A stretch of 45,371 nt of DNA from NCBI GenBank assembly GCA_040752415.1, contig JBFMGU010000062.1, positions 1 through 45,371 of the forward strand, in the 5' to 3' direction. The notes under the pieces were generated by a model. The model had not been told where the DNA came from, made no database searches, and was given only the letters and a program-made list of their open reading frames with translations. Positions 1 to 11,980 of this stretch are shown one piece after another; position 1 is the stretch's first letter, and the number at the start of each line of letters is the position of its first letter. The stretch is from Myxococcota bacterium. Lineage in GTDB: Bacteria; Myxococcota; JACRCW01. The position numbers and the translations under genes were made by a program.

Positions 1-156
1 CTCGTCGGGAAACTCTGCGTGCTGGCTTCTCCGCCCAATGGGATGGGCGCGGCCGGCACCTTGGGAGTGCGGTCTGAAATACCGCTTTGGCCGGAGCTGT
101 TCGGGCTCAACCGGAGTCTTCCAGATGTGAAGGAACTTCTGGCCAGCTACTTAGCC

Positions 157-372
157 CTGTGGCGCGGACAATCCTGTCTGCGATCCCTCCAAGACCATCA
201 CTGCATTCCAGGAACACAGACTCCGAACGAGCCTGTGACGGTGGAATCGCAGGACCTGTGGCGCGGACCATTCCTGTCTGCGGCCTCTCCAACACCCTCA
301 CTTCATGCCTGGAGAAGAGACCGGAGGAGCTTGGTGAGGGTGGAATCGCAGACAAGAATGTCCGCGCCACTG
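157..372. repeat. Cluster of REP-like palindromes (GTGG-CGCGGACA..TGTCTGCG): two direct copies, one inverted copy, one partial
   Basis: ctgtggcgcggacaatcctgtctgcg at 157-182, ctgtggcgcggaccattcctgtctgcg at 256-282, inverted copy ggtggaatcgcagacaagaatgtccgcgccact at 339-371, partial ggtggaatcgcag at 240-252. Confidence 0.75.
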
Positions 373-400
373 AGTTTGGGACCATCGAAACGGAACTTCC

Positions 401-437
401 TCCGCCACGTGGCGGAAAATGTTCACCACGTGGCGGA
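401..437. promoter_or_regulatory. Two 16-bp CACGTG-centred palindromes, parS-like
   Basis: TCCGCCACGTGGCGGA (401-416, perfect palindrome) and TTCACCACGTGGCGGA (422-437) directly upstream of parA. Confidence 0.55.
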
Positions 438-443
438 AATTCG

Positions 444-473
444 TTGACAGTGTTCTCCACGTTTGATCATTGT
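444..473 (+). promoter_or_regulatory. Putative sigma70 promoter of parAB
   Basis: TTGACA at 444-449, 18-nt spacer, CATTGT at 468-473, ~50 bp upstream of the parA ATG. Confidence 0.5.
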
Positions 474-522
474 GCGCCCGCGCTGACTGCTCACCCTCCC
501 GGTCAGGCGCAGGGGAAGCTCC

Positions 523-1326
523 ATGGGCCGCATTGTTTCCGTTTCCAACCAGAAAGGTGGCGTCGGAAAGACCACCACCGCCGTGAATCTGGGCGCTTCG
601 CTCGCCGCCGCGGGCCGCAAGGTGCTCGTCATTGACATGGACCCGCAGGCCAACGCCGGCAGCGGGCTGGGCATCTACCCGGACCAGGTCGATCAAGGCA
701 TCTACCAAGCCCTGATGGGCGACGTGCCGCTGAAGGCCGTCATCCGCCCCACGCAGGTGCCCAACCTGTTCCTGGCGCCGTCCACCAAGGACCTCGCGGG
801 TGCGGAAATCGAGCTGGTGGGCGCCATGGCGCGAGAGACCCGGCTGCGCAATCTGGTCCGCGACGTCCGCGACGACTACGACTTCGTCCTCTTGGACTGC
901 CCGCCCTCCCTGGGCCTGCTCACCATCAACTGCCTGTGCGCCGCCGACAGCGTCCTCATCCCGCTGCAGTGCGAGTACTACGCGCTGGAAGGCCTGGGCC
1001 GCCTGCTGGAGACCATTGACCTGGTGAAGAGCGCGCTGCATAGCACCCTGACCGTGGAAGGCGTGCTCTTCACCATGTTCGACGCACGCAACAACCTGGC
1101 GCGACAGGTGGTGGAGGAGGTGCGGTCGCACTTCGAGGGCCGCATCTTCAACACCATGATTCCCCGCAACGTGCGCCTCTCGGAAGCGCCGTCGCACGGG
1201 CAGCCCGCCATCCTCTATGACGCCGCCTCCCGCGGCAGCCAGGGCTACCTCGCGCTGGCCGACGAGATGCTCGGGGTCCTGAGCACCGCCAACACCAGCA
1301 ACCCGCCGGCCATGGCCGCCAACTGA
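523..1326 (+). CDS. parA: Chromosome partitioning ATPase ParA/Soj
   Basis: Deviant Walker A NQKGGVGKTTT, DMDPQAN, DCPPSLG, PLQCEYYALEG, IPRNVRLSEAPSHG. Confidence 0.97.
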   Translation: MGRIVSVSNQKGGVGKTTTAVNLGASLAAAGRKVLVIDMDPQANAGSGLGIYPDQVDQGIYQALMGDVPLKAVIRPTQVPNLFLAPSTKDLAGAEIELVGAMARETRLRNLVRDVRDDYDFVLLDCPPSLGLLTINCLCAADSVLIPLQCEYYALEGLGRLLETIDLVKSALHSTLTVEGVLFTMFDARNNLARQVVEEVRSHFEGRIFNTMIPRNVRLSEAPSHGQPAILYDAASRGSQGYLALADEMLGVLSTANTSNPPAMAAN

Positions 1327-1337
1327 AAGGAGCTGTC

Positions 1338-2273
1338 ATGTCGCTCGGTACCGCCAATGGCGCGCGTCGTCCGGCCCTGGGCCGCGGTCTGTCCGCCCTC
1401 ATTCCCCCCAAGCCCGCCGCTCCCGGCGAGGCCGGTCCCCAGCTTCCCGCCACCCCCGGTGTGCTGATGCTGGGCATCGAAACCATCCAGCCCTCCCGCA
1501 GCCAACCCCGCAAGAACTTTGATGAAGCGGCGCTGCAGGAGCTTGCCTCGTCCATCTCCGAGCACGGCATCCTGCAGCCGGTGGTGGTGCGGAAGTCGGT
1601 GGGCTCCAGCTACGAGCTGGTGGCCGGGGAGCGACGCTGGCGCGCGGCCCAACGTGCCGGCCTCAAGGAAGTCCCCGCGGTCCTCAAGGACGTGGCGCCC
1701 CAGGATGTGCTGACGCTGGCCCTGGTGGAGAACCTCCAGCGCGCCGACCTGAACCCGATTGAGGAGGCGGAGGCCTACAAGAATCTGGTGGAGGAGTTGA
1801 AGCTGACGCAGGAGGAGGTGGCCAAGCGGGTGGGGAAGGACCGGACCACCATCACCAACTCCCTGCGCCTGCTGAAGCTCCCCCTCCCCGTCCGCGACGC
1901 GGTCCTCAACGGCGCCCTCAGCATGGGCCACGCCCGCGCCATCCTGGCCCTGGCCGACGCCGGCCTCTCCCAACCGGAGGAGGCCATGAACCGGGCGGCA
2001 CGGGAGGTCATGGCCAACAACCTCTCGGTGCGCGCCACCGAGGCGTTGGTCCGGGCCCGCAAGGCCGACGCCGACCGCGCTACCACCCCGGACGACACCA
2101 CCACCCGTTCCAGCGCCTCCGCCGCGGTCCGCGACCTGGAGGACCGGCTGCGCCAACGGCTGGCGGTCAAGTCGGTGGTGCGAGCCAACAAGGAGGGGAA
2201 GGGCACCATTGAGCTGCACTTCCAAACGCTGGATGAGCTGGACGCCCTGCTGGCCCGGATGGGTGTGAATTGA
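1338..2273 (+). CDS. parB: Chromosome partitioning protein ParB/Spo0J
   Basis: N-terminal ALGRGLSALI, QPRK, GILQP, AGERRWRAA CTP-binding motif, ENLQRADLNPIEEA, HTH. Confidence 0.97.
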   Translation: MSLGTANGARRPALGRGLSALIPPKPAAPGEAGPQLPATPGVLMLGIETIQPSRSQPRKNFDEAALQELASSISEHGILQPVVVRKSVGSSYELVAGERRWRAAQRAGLKEVPAVLKDVAPQDVLTLALVENLQRADLNPIEEAEAYKNLVEELKLTQEEVAKRVGKDRTTITNSLRLLKLPLPVRDAVLNGALSMGHARAILALADAGLSQPEEAMNRAAREVMANNLSVRATEALVRARKADADRATTPDDTTTRSSASAAVRDLEDRLRQRLAVKSVVRANKEGKGTIELHFQTLDELDALLARMGVN

Positions 2274-2520
2274 TCGGTGGGAAAGCTGGGGACAAGTGTG
2301 GGGATCCCCCTGGGGAAAGATCGTGGGATCTCCACCTACCCGGCCGAACCCCCGGTATCCCACCCTTGCTCCTGATCTGATCCCCGACCTTTTCCACAGC
2401 CCATTGTTCCCGGAAGCCGTGTGATCACGCCTGGGTACTGAGTTTCCCCACTTCTCCACAGCACTACGACTTTGACGGGTTTGATCTGTATTTAAGGGAT
2501 CAAAACCACCATCACGACCA
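2264..2520. other. Candidate chromosomal replication origin (oriC)
   Basis: DnaA-box-like 9-mers: minus strand TTGTCCCCA (2287-2295), ATCCCCACA (2297-2305), CTTTCCCCA (2311-2319); plus strand TTTTCCACA (2390-2398), TTCTCCACA (2452-2460) followed by gc-act-acg-act-ttg-acg trios and an AT-rich tract; 9 GATC within ~230 bp. Confidence 0.75.
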
Positions 2521-2624
2521 ACCGGCATCTCACGTTGGGTGCAGGGGCCTTGGTCCCAGGTGGTGCTTGTCGTACCTCCTGCGCCAGGAATAGGGTCCTA
2601 CCACCTCGCACCCGGAGGGTTCCC

Positions 2625-2909
2625 ATGCCCATCTCCCATGACGGTGTTCGTCACCTCATGAGCCTGGTCCGGCTCAAGCTCCCGGAGGCCGAGGTCGCCC
2701 GGCTCGGGCAGGACCTGGACTCCATCCTTGGCCACGTCCAGCAGCTCCAACAGGTGGACGTGTCCGCGGTGCAGCCCATGACCCATGCCGTCCCTGCCAC
2801 CCTCCAGGTGCGCGAGGACGAGCAGGTCCTGGGGCTTGGTCCCAAGGGTCTGGAAGGCAGTGCCGGACGCGAGGGGGCGTTTGTCCGCGTGCCCAAGATC
2901 GTCGAGTGA
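2625..2909 (+). CDS. gatC: Asp/Glu-tRNA amidotransferase subunit C
   Basis: VRHLMSLVRL, DLDSILGHVQQL..VD, PMTH, REDE, FVRVPKIVE; RBS ggagg before ATG 2625; precedes gatA. Confidence 0.92.
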   Translation: MPISHDGVRHLMSLVRLKLPEAEVARLGQDLDSILGHVQQLQQVDVSAVQPMTHAVPATLQVREDEQVLGLGPKGLEGSAGREGAFVRVPKIVE

Positions 2910-2912
2910 GCC

Positions 2913-4402
<1,490 letters not shown>

Positions 4403-4406
<4 letters not shown>

Positions 4407-5881
4407 GCCTGGAAGACTTCGAGCCGGTGATTGGCCTGGAGGTCCACGCGCAGCTGCTCACGTCGAGCAAGATCTTCTGCGGCTGCTCCACCACCTACGG
4501 CGCGCCGCCCAACGAGAACACCTGCCCGGTGTGCCAGGGTCATCCCGGCGTGCTGCCCGTGCTCAACAGGAAGGTGGTGGAATTCGCCATCAAGCTGGGG
4601 CTGGCGTTGGAGTGCACCATCCGTCGGGAGAACGTGTTCGCGCGCAAGCAGTACTTCTACCCGGACCTCCCCAAGGGCTATCAAATCAGCCAGTACGACA
4701 CGCCCATCTGCTCCGGCGGAAAACTGACCTTCACCGTCGAGGATGAGACCAAGCGGGCCAAGGGCGGCGCCACCGAGGCGTACGAGAAGACCGTGGGCAT
4801 CACCCGCATCCACATGGAGGAGGACGCGGGGAAGAACATCCATCTCGCCGGCGTGCCGCACTCGCTGGTGGACTTCAACCGCGCCGGCGTGCCGCTGCTG
4901 GAGATTGTCAGTGAGCCGGACATCCGCTCCTCCGTCGAGGCGGCGGCGTATCTCAAGCAGCTGCGCAGCGTGGTCATGGCGCTGGGCATCTGCGACGGCA
5001 ACATGCAGGAAGGCTCGTTCCGGTGTGACGCCAACGTGAGCGTGCGTCGCAAGGGTGAGACGAGGTTCGGGACGCGGGTGGAGCTGAAGAACATCAACAG
5101 CTTCAAGTTCGTGATGCAGGGCATCGATTACGAGATTGCCCGGCAGGTCTCCATCATCGAGAGCGGCGGCAAGGTGGTGCAGGAGACACGCGGGTTTGAC
5201 CCGGAGAAGGGTGAGTCCCGCTCGCAGCGCAGCAAGGAGGAAGCGCACGATTACCGCTACTTCCCCGACCCCGACCTGCTCCCGCTCGTCGTCGTCGAGG
5301 CGTGGATTGAAAGCGTGCGCGCCACCGTGCCGGAGCTGCCACGCGCGCGGGCCGAGCGCTTTGTGCACAAGCTGGGGCTCACGCCCTACGACGCACGCGT
5401 CCTCAACGACGACCAGGACGTGGCCAACTGGTACGAGGCCGCGCTGGGGGCCTACGCGGGCAACCCCAAGAGCGTGGCCAACTGGACCATCAACGAGGTC
5501 ATGCGCGAGGTGAAGGAGGACCCCGCCGGCATCCGCGGCTTCCCGGTGAAGCCCGAGGCCATTGGCACGCTGGTGCGGCTCATCGACGAGGGTCGCATCA
5601 GCGGCAAGATGGCCAAGGACGTGTTCGCCGCGCTGGTGGTGGAGAAGCGCAGCGACCCGGAGGCGCTGGTGAAGGAGCGCGGCTGGGAAGTGGTGCGTGA
5701 CGACGCGGCGCTCACCCGCGCCGTCGACGAGGTGCTGGACGCCAACGCCAAGGAAGTGGAGAAGTACAAGGCGGGCAAGAGCCAGGTGCTGGGATTCCTC
5801 GTCGGGCAGGTGATGAAGAAGCTGGGCGGGAAGGCCGACCCCAAGGCCGTCAACGAGGCGCTGCGCAAGAAGCTCTCGTGA
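4403..5881 (+). CDS. gatB: Asp/Glu-tRNA amidotransferase subunit B
   Basis: [59 protein letters not shown] overlap with the gatA stop. Confidence 0.97.
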
Positions 5882-5884
5882 GGC

Positions 5885-6049
5885 TCACTGCGGCGGCGGT
5901 GCCCAGGTCTCGTGCGTGGCGGCGTGCTCGCGCTGGCGCTCGGGGTCATACCAGGCGCCGCACTCCTCGCACGGGACGAAGCCGTTGCACGCGGGGCAGT
6001 CGTCCAGGTGCGCGTAGTAGCGCGTGCCGCACACCGGACACTCCGTCAT
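5885..6049 (-). CDS. 54-aa putative double zinc-finger microprotein
   Basis: MTECPVCG...CPAC...CEECG-x10-H-x3-H; stop codon abuts the gatB stop; start chosen at internal ATG 6049. Confidence 0.6.
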   Translation of the reverse strand: MTECPVCGTRYYAHLDDCPACNGFVPCEECGAWYDPERQREHAATHETWAPPPQ

Positions 6050-6227
6050 GGGATGATTCACTGCCCACCTCGCGGAACACCCTCCCGACCCGAAGCCCCA
6101 TCTCGAGCATGAGGTGACGGAGGATTTCCGCTGACGTAGCGACAACGACGTGCAACTTCAATTTCGCGCCTCGTGGCAATCACGTCACGCGTGATGCTAA
6201 GGCCGGCAATCCTGCAGGGGTCCATCC

Positions 6228-7115
6228 ATGATCAAACAGCTCGCCCGCCGGATGCTCCGACCTGTGTTGATGAGGGTGGAGGACTACGTCACCCGCAAGG
6301 CCACGCTGTGGACCTCCACCTCCCCAGAGACCAAGGCCATCCAGCGGAACCTGTTCCACTACTACCGGGACGTGACCCAGGCGGGTCGCGCCATCCCGCT
6401 GGCGGAAACGGGGTTCCGGGTGTTCTCCCAGTTCGAGGAGGATGGTGTCCTGCTCTACATCTTTGCCGCCCTGGGCGTGGCGCGCGGCACTTTTGTGGAC
6501 GTGGGTTCGGCGGACGGCATCCGCAGCAACTGCGCCAACCTGGCGCTCAACCTGGGCTGGGACGGTGTGTTCATTGACGGAAACCCCGAGAACATCCGTC
6601 GTGGAGAGGCGTTCTACCGCTCCCATCCCGACACCTGTGAGCATCCGCCGCGCTTCCTCCACGCCATGGTGAGTCGGGAGAACATCAACGACATCCTCAC
6701 GGGAGCGGGCGTTCCCCACGACGTGGATTTCATGTCCGTGGACATTGACGGGAATGACTACTGGGTCTGGGACGCCATCACCGCCATCTCTCCCAAGGTG
6801 GTGATGGTGGAGACGCACGTGGAATTCGGGCTGCGCGACATTGTTGTGCCCTATGACCCGAGCCACGTGTACCCCGGCAAGCACCCCGACTATTTCGGCG
6901 CTTCCCCCACGGCGATGGCCCGGCTCGCTGCCCAGAAGGGTTACCGCCTGGTGGGCGCCAACAATTACGGTTTCAACACCATCTACGTGCGCCAAGGTCT
7001 TGCCGAGACCGCGCTTCCCGAAGTGACGGTGGAGTCCATCCTCCAGCATCCCCGCAACGCGGAACGGCTTCTTCGTTTCGAGCCCATCAAGGACTGGCCC
7101 TACGTCAGCGCGTGA
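6228..7115 (+). CDS. FkbM-like SAM-dependent methyltransferase family protein
   Basis: FSQFEEDG, FVDVGSADG..SN, WDGVFIDG, DFMSVDIDGNDYWVW, KGYRLV. Confidence 0.7.
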   Translation: MIKQLARRMLRPVLMRVEDYVTRKATLWTSTSPETKAIQRNLFHYYRDVTQAGRAIPLAETGFRVFSQFEEDGVLLYIFAALGVARGTFVDVGSADGIRSNCANLALNLGWDGVFIDGNPENIRRGEAFYRSHPDTCEHPPRFLHAMVSRENINDILTGAGVPHDVDFMSVDIDGNDYWVWDAITAISPKVVMVETHVEFGLRDIVVPYDPSHVYPGKHPDYFGASPTAMARLAAQKGYRLVGANNYGFNTIYVRQGLAETALPEVTVESILQHPRNAERLLRFEPIKDWPYVSA

Positions 7116-7970
7116 GGTGCTCGTTGAGGAAACGCGCCACCACGTCGGCGAATTGCTCCGGGTAGTCCAGGACCAGCTGGTGCGCGGCGCCGGGGAGCAC
7201 GCACAGCTGCTTGGGTCCGCCAATGGCCATGAAGCAGCGCAGGCAGTGTTCGGGTCCAACGAGCTCGTCGCGTTCTCCCACTGCAATCAGCACCGGTTTG
7301 TGGTTCCCCGCCGGCGGGATGCTCGGGGGCGTGGTGAACAGGCTGCGGTAGCTGGCCAGCGAGTAGTGCCACACCGCCAGCGGGTCGCGACGTTTCTGCT
7401 CGAGGAACGCCGGGTCCAGCGAGACCTTGCGCCAGTCCAGCGCCAGCTTGAGCGGGATGCGCACCGTGGGGAGCAGCTCCGCCAGCCGCGCCACCGCGCG
7501 CGACTGCATCAGGCGCACCTTGAGGTTCAGCGGTCGCTCGGTGGAGAGCAGGATGTTGTGGCAGACCGCGGCGCTGACGTCGTCACTGGCCTGCAGCGCG
7601 TGGAAGGCCACCTCCCCGCCCTGGCTGGTGCCGAGCAGCACCACGCGCAGCCCGGTGCGCCGGCGGAGGAAGCGCGCCACGTCGGAGATGTTCTCCACCC
7701 ATTGCTGGAGCGTGAACACCCCGCGCGCGCCCCCGCTGCGACCGTGCCCGCGCAGGTCCACCGAGAACGGGTGGTATCCGCGCGTGCGCAGCTCGTCGGT
7801 GAAGCGGCCGAAGTACCCGCCGTGGCCGCCGGTGCCGGGAATCAGCAGCACCACCGCGTGCGCCCGCTGCGGCGCGCCCCAGTCGGCCACGTGGATGTCC
7901 ACGCCGGTGCTGGGGATTGCGTAGCTCTCCGTGCCCTGCCTGCTCCGTGCAGTCTCGACGACCGCCGCGC

Positions 7971-7974
<4 letters not shown>
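7105..7974 (-). CDS. Alpha/beta hydrolase (lysophospholipase-like)
   Basis: [10 protein letters not shown], nucleophile elbow GTSQG, GERDELV, H in PGAAH; start overlaps the acs stop. Confidence 0.85.
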
Positions 7975-9926
<1,952 letters not shown>

Positions 9927-10118
9927 GGCGTCCTTCCGGTAAAGGGGTGGCGTCCTATAGCAGGCGTGTTGCTCCACGACGATGTCCACCACGCGTTGGC
10001 CGCGCAGCCCGCGGGCCACGGTGGGCGGGCCGCACGGTCACACTCCTGACAACGCTGTCCTGACTGCGTGGTGGTCGTCCCCGCGGGGCGGGGTGGGATC
10101 GCGAATGAATATTCCGCG

Positions 10119-10134
10119 TGGCACATGCATTGCT
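10119..10134 (+). promoter_or_regulatory. sigma54 (-24/-12) promoter
   Basis: TGGCAC-ATGCA-TTGCT, exact consensus, 36 bp upstream of the lipoprotein ATG. Confidence 0.75.
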
Positions 10135-10170
10135 CCCTGCGCGGCCACCAATCCGAAATGGAGGTGGAAT

Positions 10171-11334
10171 ATGCGCAAGATGGCTGCAACGTTCATGTCC
10201 CTGATGGTCCTGGCGGGTTGCGTGGAGAGCCGGCTGGACCCCGACGCGCAGGTGAAGGTCTCGGGCAAGCTGGTGCGCGCCGACGGCACACCGGTGCCAC
10301 AGCACAAGGTGGTGTTGATCTCGGAGCCGGACCCGGCCGAGGCGCTGGTGGACGTGCTGCTCGTCGTGGAGACGCTGGGCCTCATCTGCCTCACCGACGA
10401 CCCACCCACCATCTGTGAAGGCGCGCTCACCGACACCACCGACGCGGAAGGCAACTTCCTCTTCCAGCTGACCGGCAAGGACACCCAGGGCGACAACAGC
10501 TACGCCAACCAGTTCAACCTTGGCGCGCAGCTGCCCAAGTCCGGGACGCAGCTGGCCGGCGCCACTTCCACCCAGCGCTTCTACATCCAGACCGAGGAGC
10601 TGACGGTGCCCAACCTGAAGTTCTGGGAGAGCAGCCCCGTGCTGACGACGGAGGGCGCGCTGGTGAAGGTCGAGTTCGTCGCGCCGCAGGAGAGCGCGGA
10701 GTACGGACGCAACATCGAGACCGGCGTGGTGTTCGAGACGGTGGGCAAGGACCACGTGTGGAGCCAGGACCTGGAGAGCGGAGAGCGCATCGACGCGCGC
10801 CTGCTGGAGGACGTGCAGGGTGGCGTCCACGCCGTGGCGCGCAGCTCCGACGCCATTGTGGGCTCCGCCATCAAGTTCCACTTCCGCACCGGCGTGGAGC
10901 CGTTCACCGGCACCGCGGGCGCGCCCACCTCCCGCGGCAAGACCTGCTTCGCCCACGGGGAGGCCGGCGCCGTCGAGCTGAGCCCCTGCACCCTCACCGA
11001 CGGTGACTTCAAGAGCGCCTATCCGCAGCAGGACGAGGACTGCAGCAACAACGGGTGCGACGAGGCCGCGCGCGCCAACAACTGGGTCTACGTGGACCTG
11101 GGTGCTACGACGTCACCGAGCCTCGTCGTTGTGCGCAACAGCGGCTCCGAGGTGGTGGTGGAGACCAGCCTCGACGCCACGCTGTGGACGCAGGTGCCGG
11201 GCAGCAGCGCGCACAGCGGCACCTTCAAGGTGGAAATCCCCGCCGCCGGCGCCGTGCAGGCGCGTTACGTGCGCGTGAAGGGCAAGGAAGACAAGACCCA
11301 CGTCAGCGGCATCACCGAAGTCAGCGTGTGGTGA
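10171..11334 (+). CDS. Lipoprotein with a carboxypeptidase-regulatory-like N-terminal beta-domain and a C-terminal discoidin/F5-8-like domain
   Basis: Lipobox LAGC; VSGKLVRADGTP..TTTDAEGNF; WVYVDLG..ETSLDATLWT..ARYVRV..ITEVSVW; RBS ggaggt. Confidence 0.75.
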   Translation: MRKMAATFMSLMVLAGCVESRLDPDAQVKVSGKLVRADGTPVPQHKVVLISEPDPAEALVDVLLVVETLGLICLTDDPPTICEGALTDTTDAEGNFLFQLTGKDTQGDNSYANQFNLGAQLPKSGTQLAGATSTQRFYIQTEELTVPNLKFWESSPVLTTEGALVKVEFVAPQESAEYGRNIETGVVFETVGKDHVWSQDLESGERIDARLLEDVQGGVHAVARSSDAIVGSAIKFHFRTGVEPFTGTAGAPTSRGKTCFAHGEAGAVELSPCTLTDGDFKSAYPQQDEDCSNNGCDEAARANNWVYVDLGATTSPSLVVVRNSGSEVVVETSLDATLWTQVPGSSAHSGTFKVEIPAAGAVQARYVRVKGKEDKTHVSGITEVSVW

Positions 11335-11341
11335 GGCTCAT

Positions 11342-11977
11342 TGGGTGCGGCTCTCTTGGAGCGACGCTCTTGACCTCTTGCCGATGAGGCTGGGTGCGGC
11401 TCTTTTGGAACGGCATGCGATGCGACCGGACCGACCGATTCAGCGCGCTGGAGAACCGGCCCGCAATGTAGGGGCTGCCTGTTGCCGGTAACGCGTGAAC
11501 GGTGTGGCCGGCAATGGTCAGCCCCGGGCCGCGCTGTCATGACGACGGAGAACGCCCAGCGCCGCCATGGACCGCGTCATTCAACGCGACGGAGAAGGGA
11601 CCAGCGATGTAGGGGCTGCCCGTTGCCGGTAACGCGTGAACGGTGGAAGTGGCCGGCAATGGTCAGCCCCGGGCCGCGCTGTCACCACGACGGAAAACGG
11701 CCCACAATGAGGAACGGGCGGCCGCATCGAAGAAGTGGTCCGAAGCGTCCGAGCGCGGAAGCGAGTTGTGGGTGAATCGCCCGTGGCGACCCGGACGCGG
11801 GAAAACTGTGGGGCCGGTGGCATGGTCGACCGTTTTCCGTCGTCATGACAGCGCGGCCCGGGGCTGACCATTGCCGGCCACCTTCACCGTTCACGCGTTA
11901 CCGGCAACGGGCAGCCCCTACATTGCTGGTCGCTTCTCCGTCGCGTTGAATGCGTCGTTTCAATAGAGCCGCACCCA
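11342..11977. repeat. Composite repeat: three ~120-bp GTAG-headed hairpin units (two direct, one inverted) inside short terminal inverted repeats
   Basis: Units at ~11438-11554, ~11579-11700 and inverted ~11830-11951; tgggtgcggctct at 11342 and 11391, its reverse complement at 11965-11977. Confidence 0.85.
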
Positions 11978-11980
11978 GGC

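Noticed and set aside
1..460. ORFs 19-447, 87-635 and 107-460, or a RAYT/rsmG tail
   Set aside because: They run through REP-like repeats and promoter elements and show no family motifs
6228..7115. Horizontally acquired island around the methyltransferase
   Set aside because: Only a slight compositional shift by eye; no integrase, tRNA or flanking direct repeats
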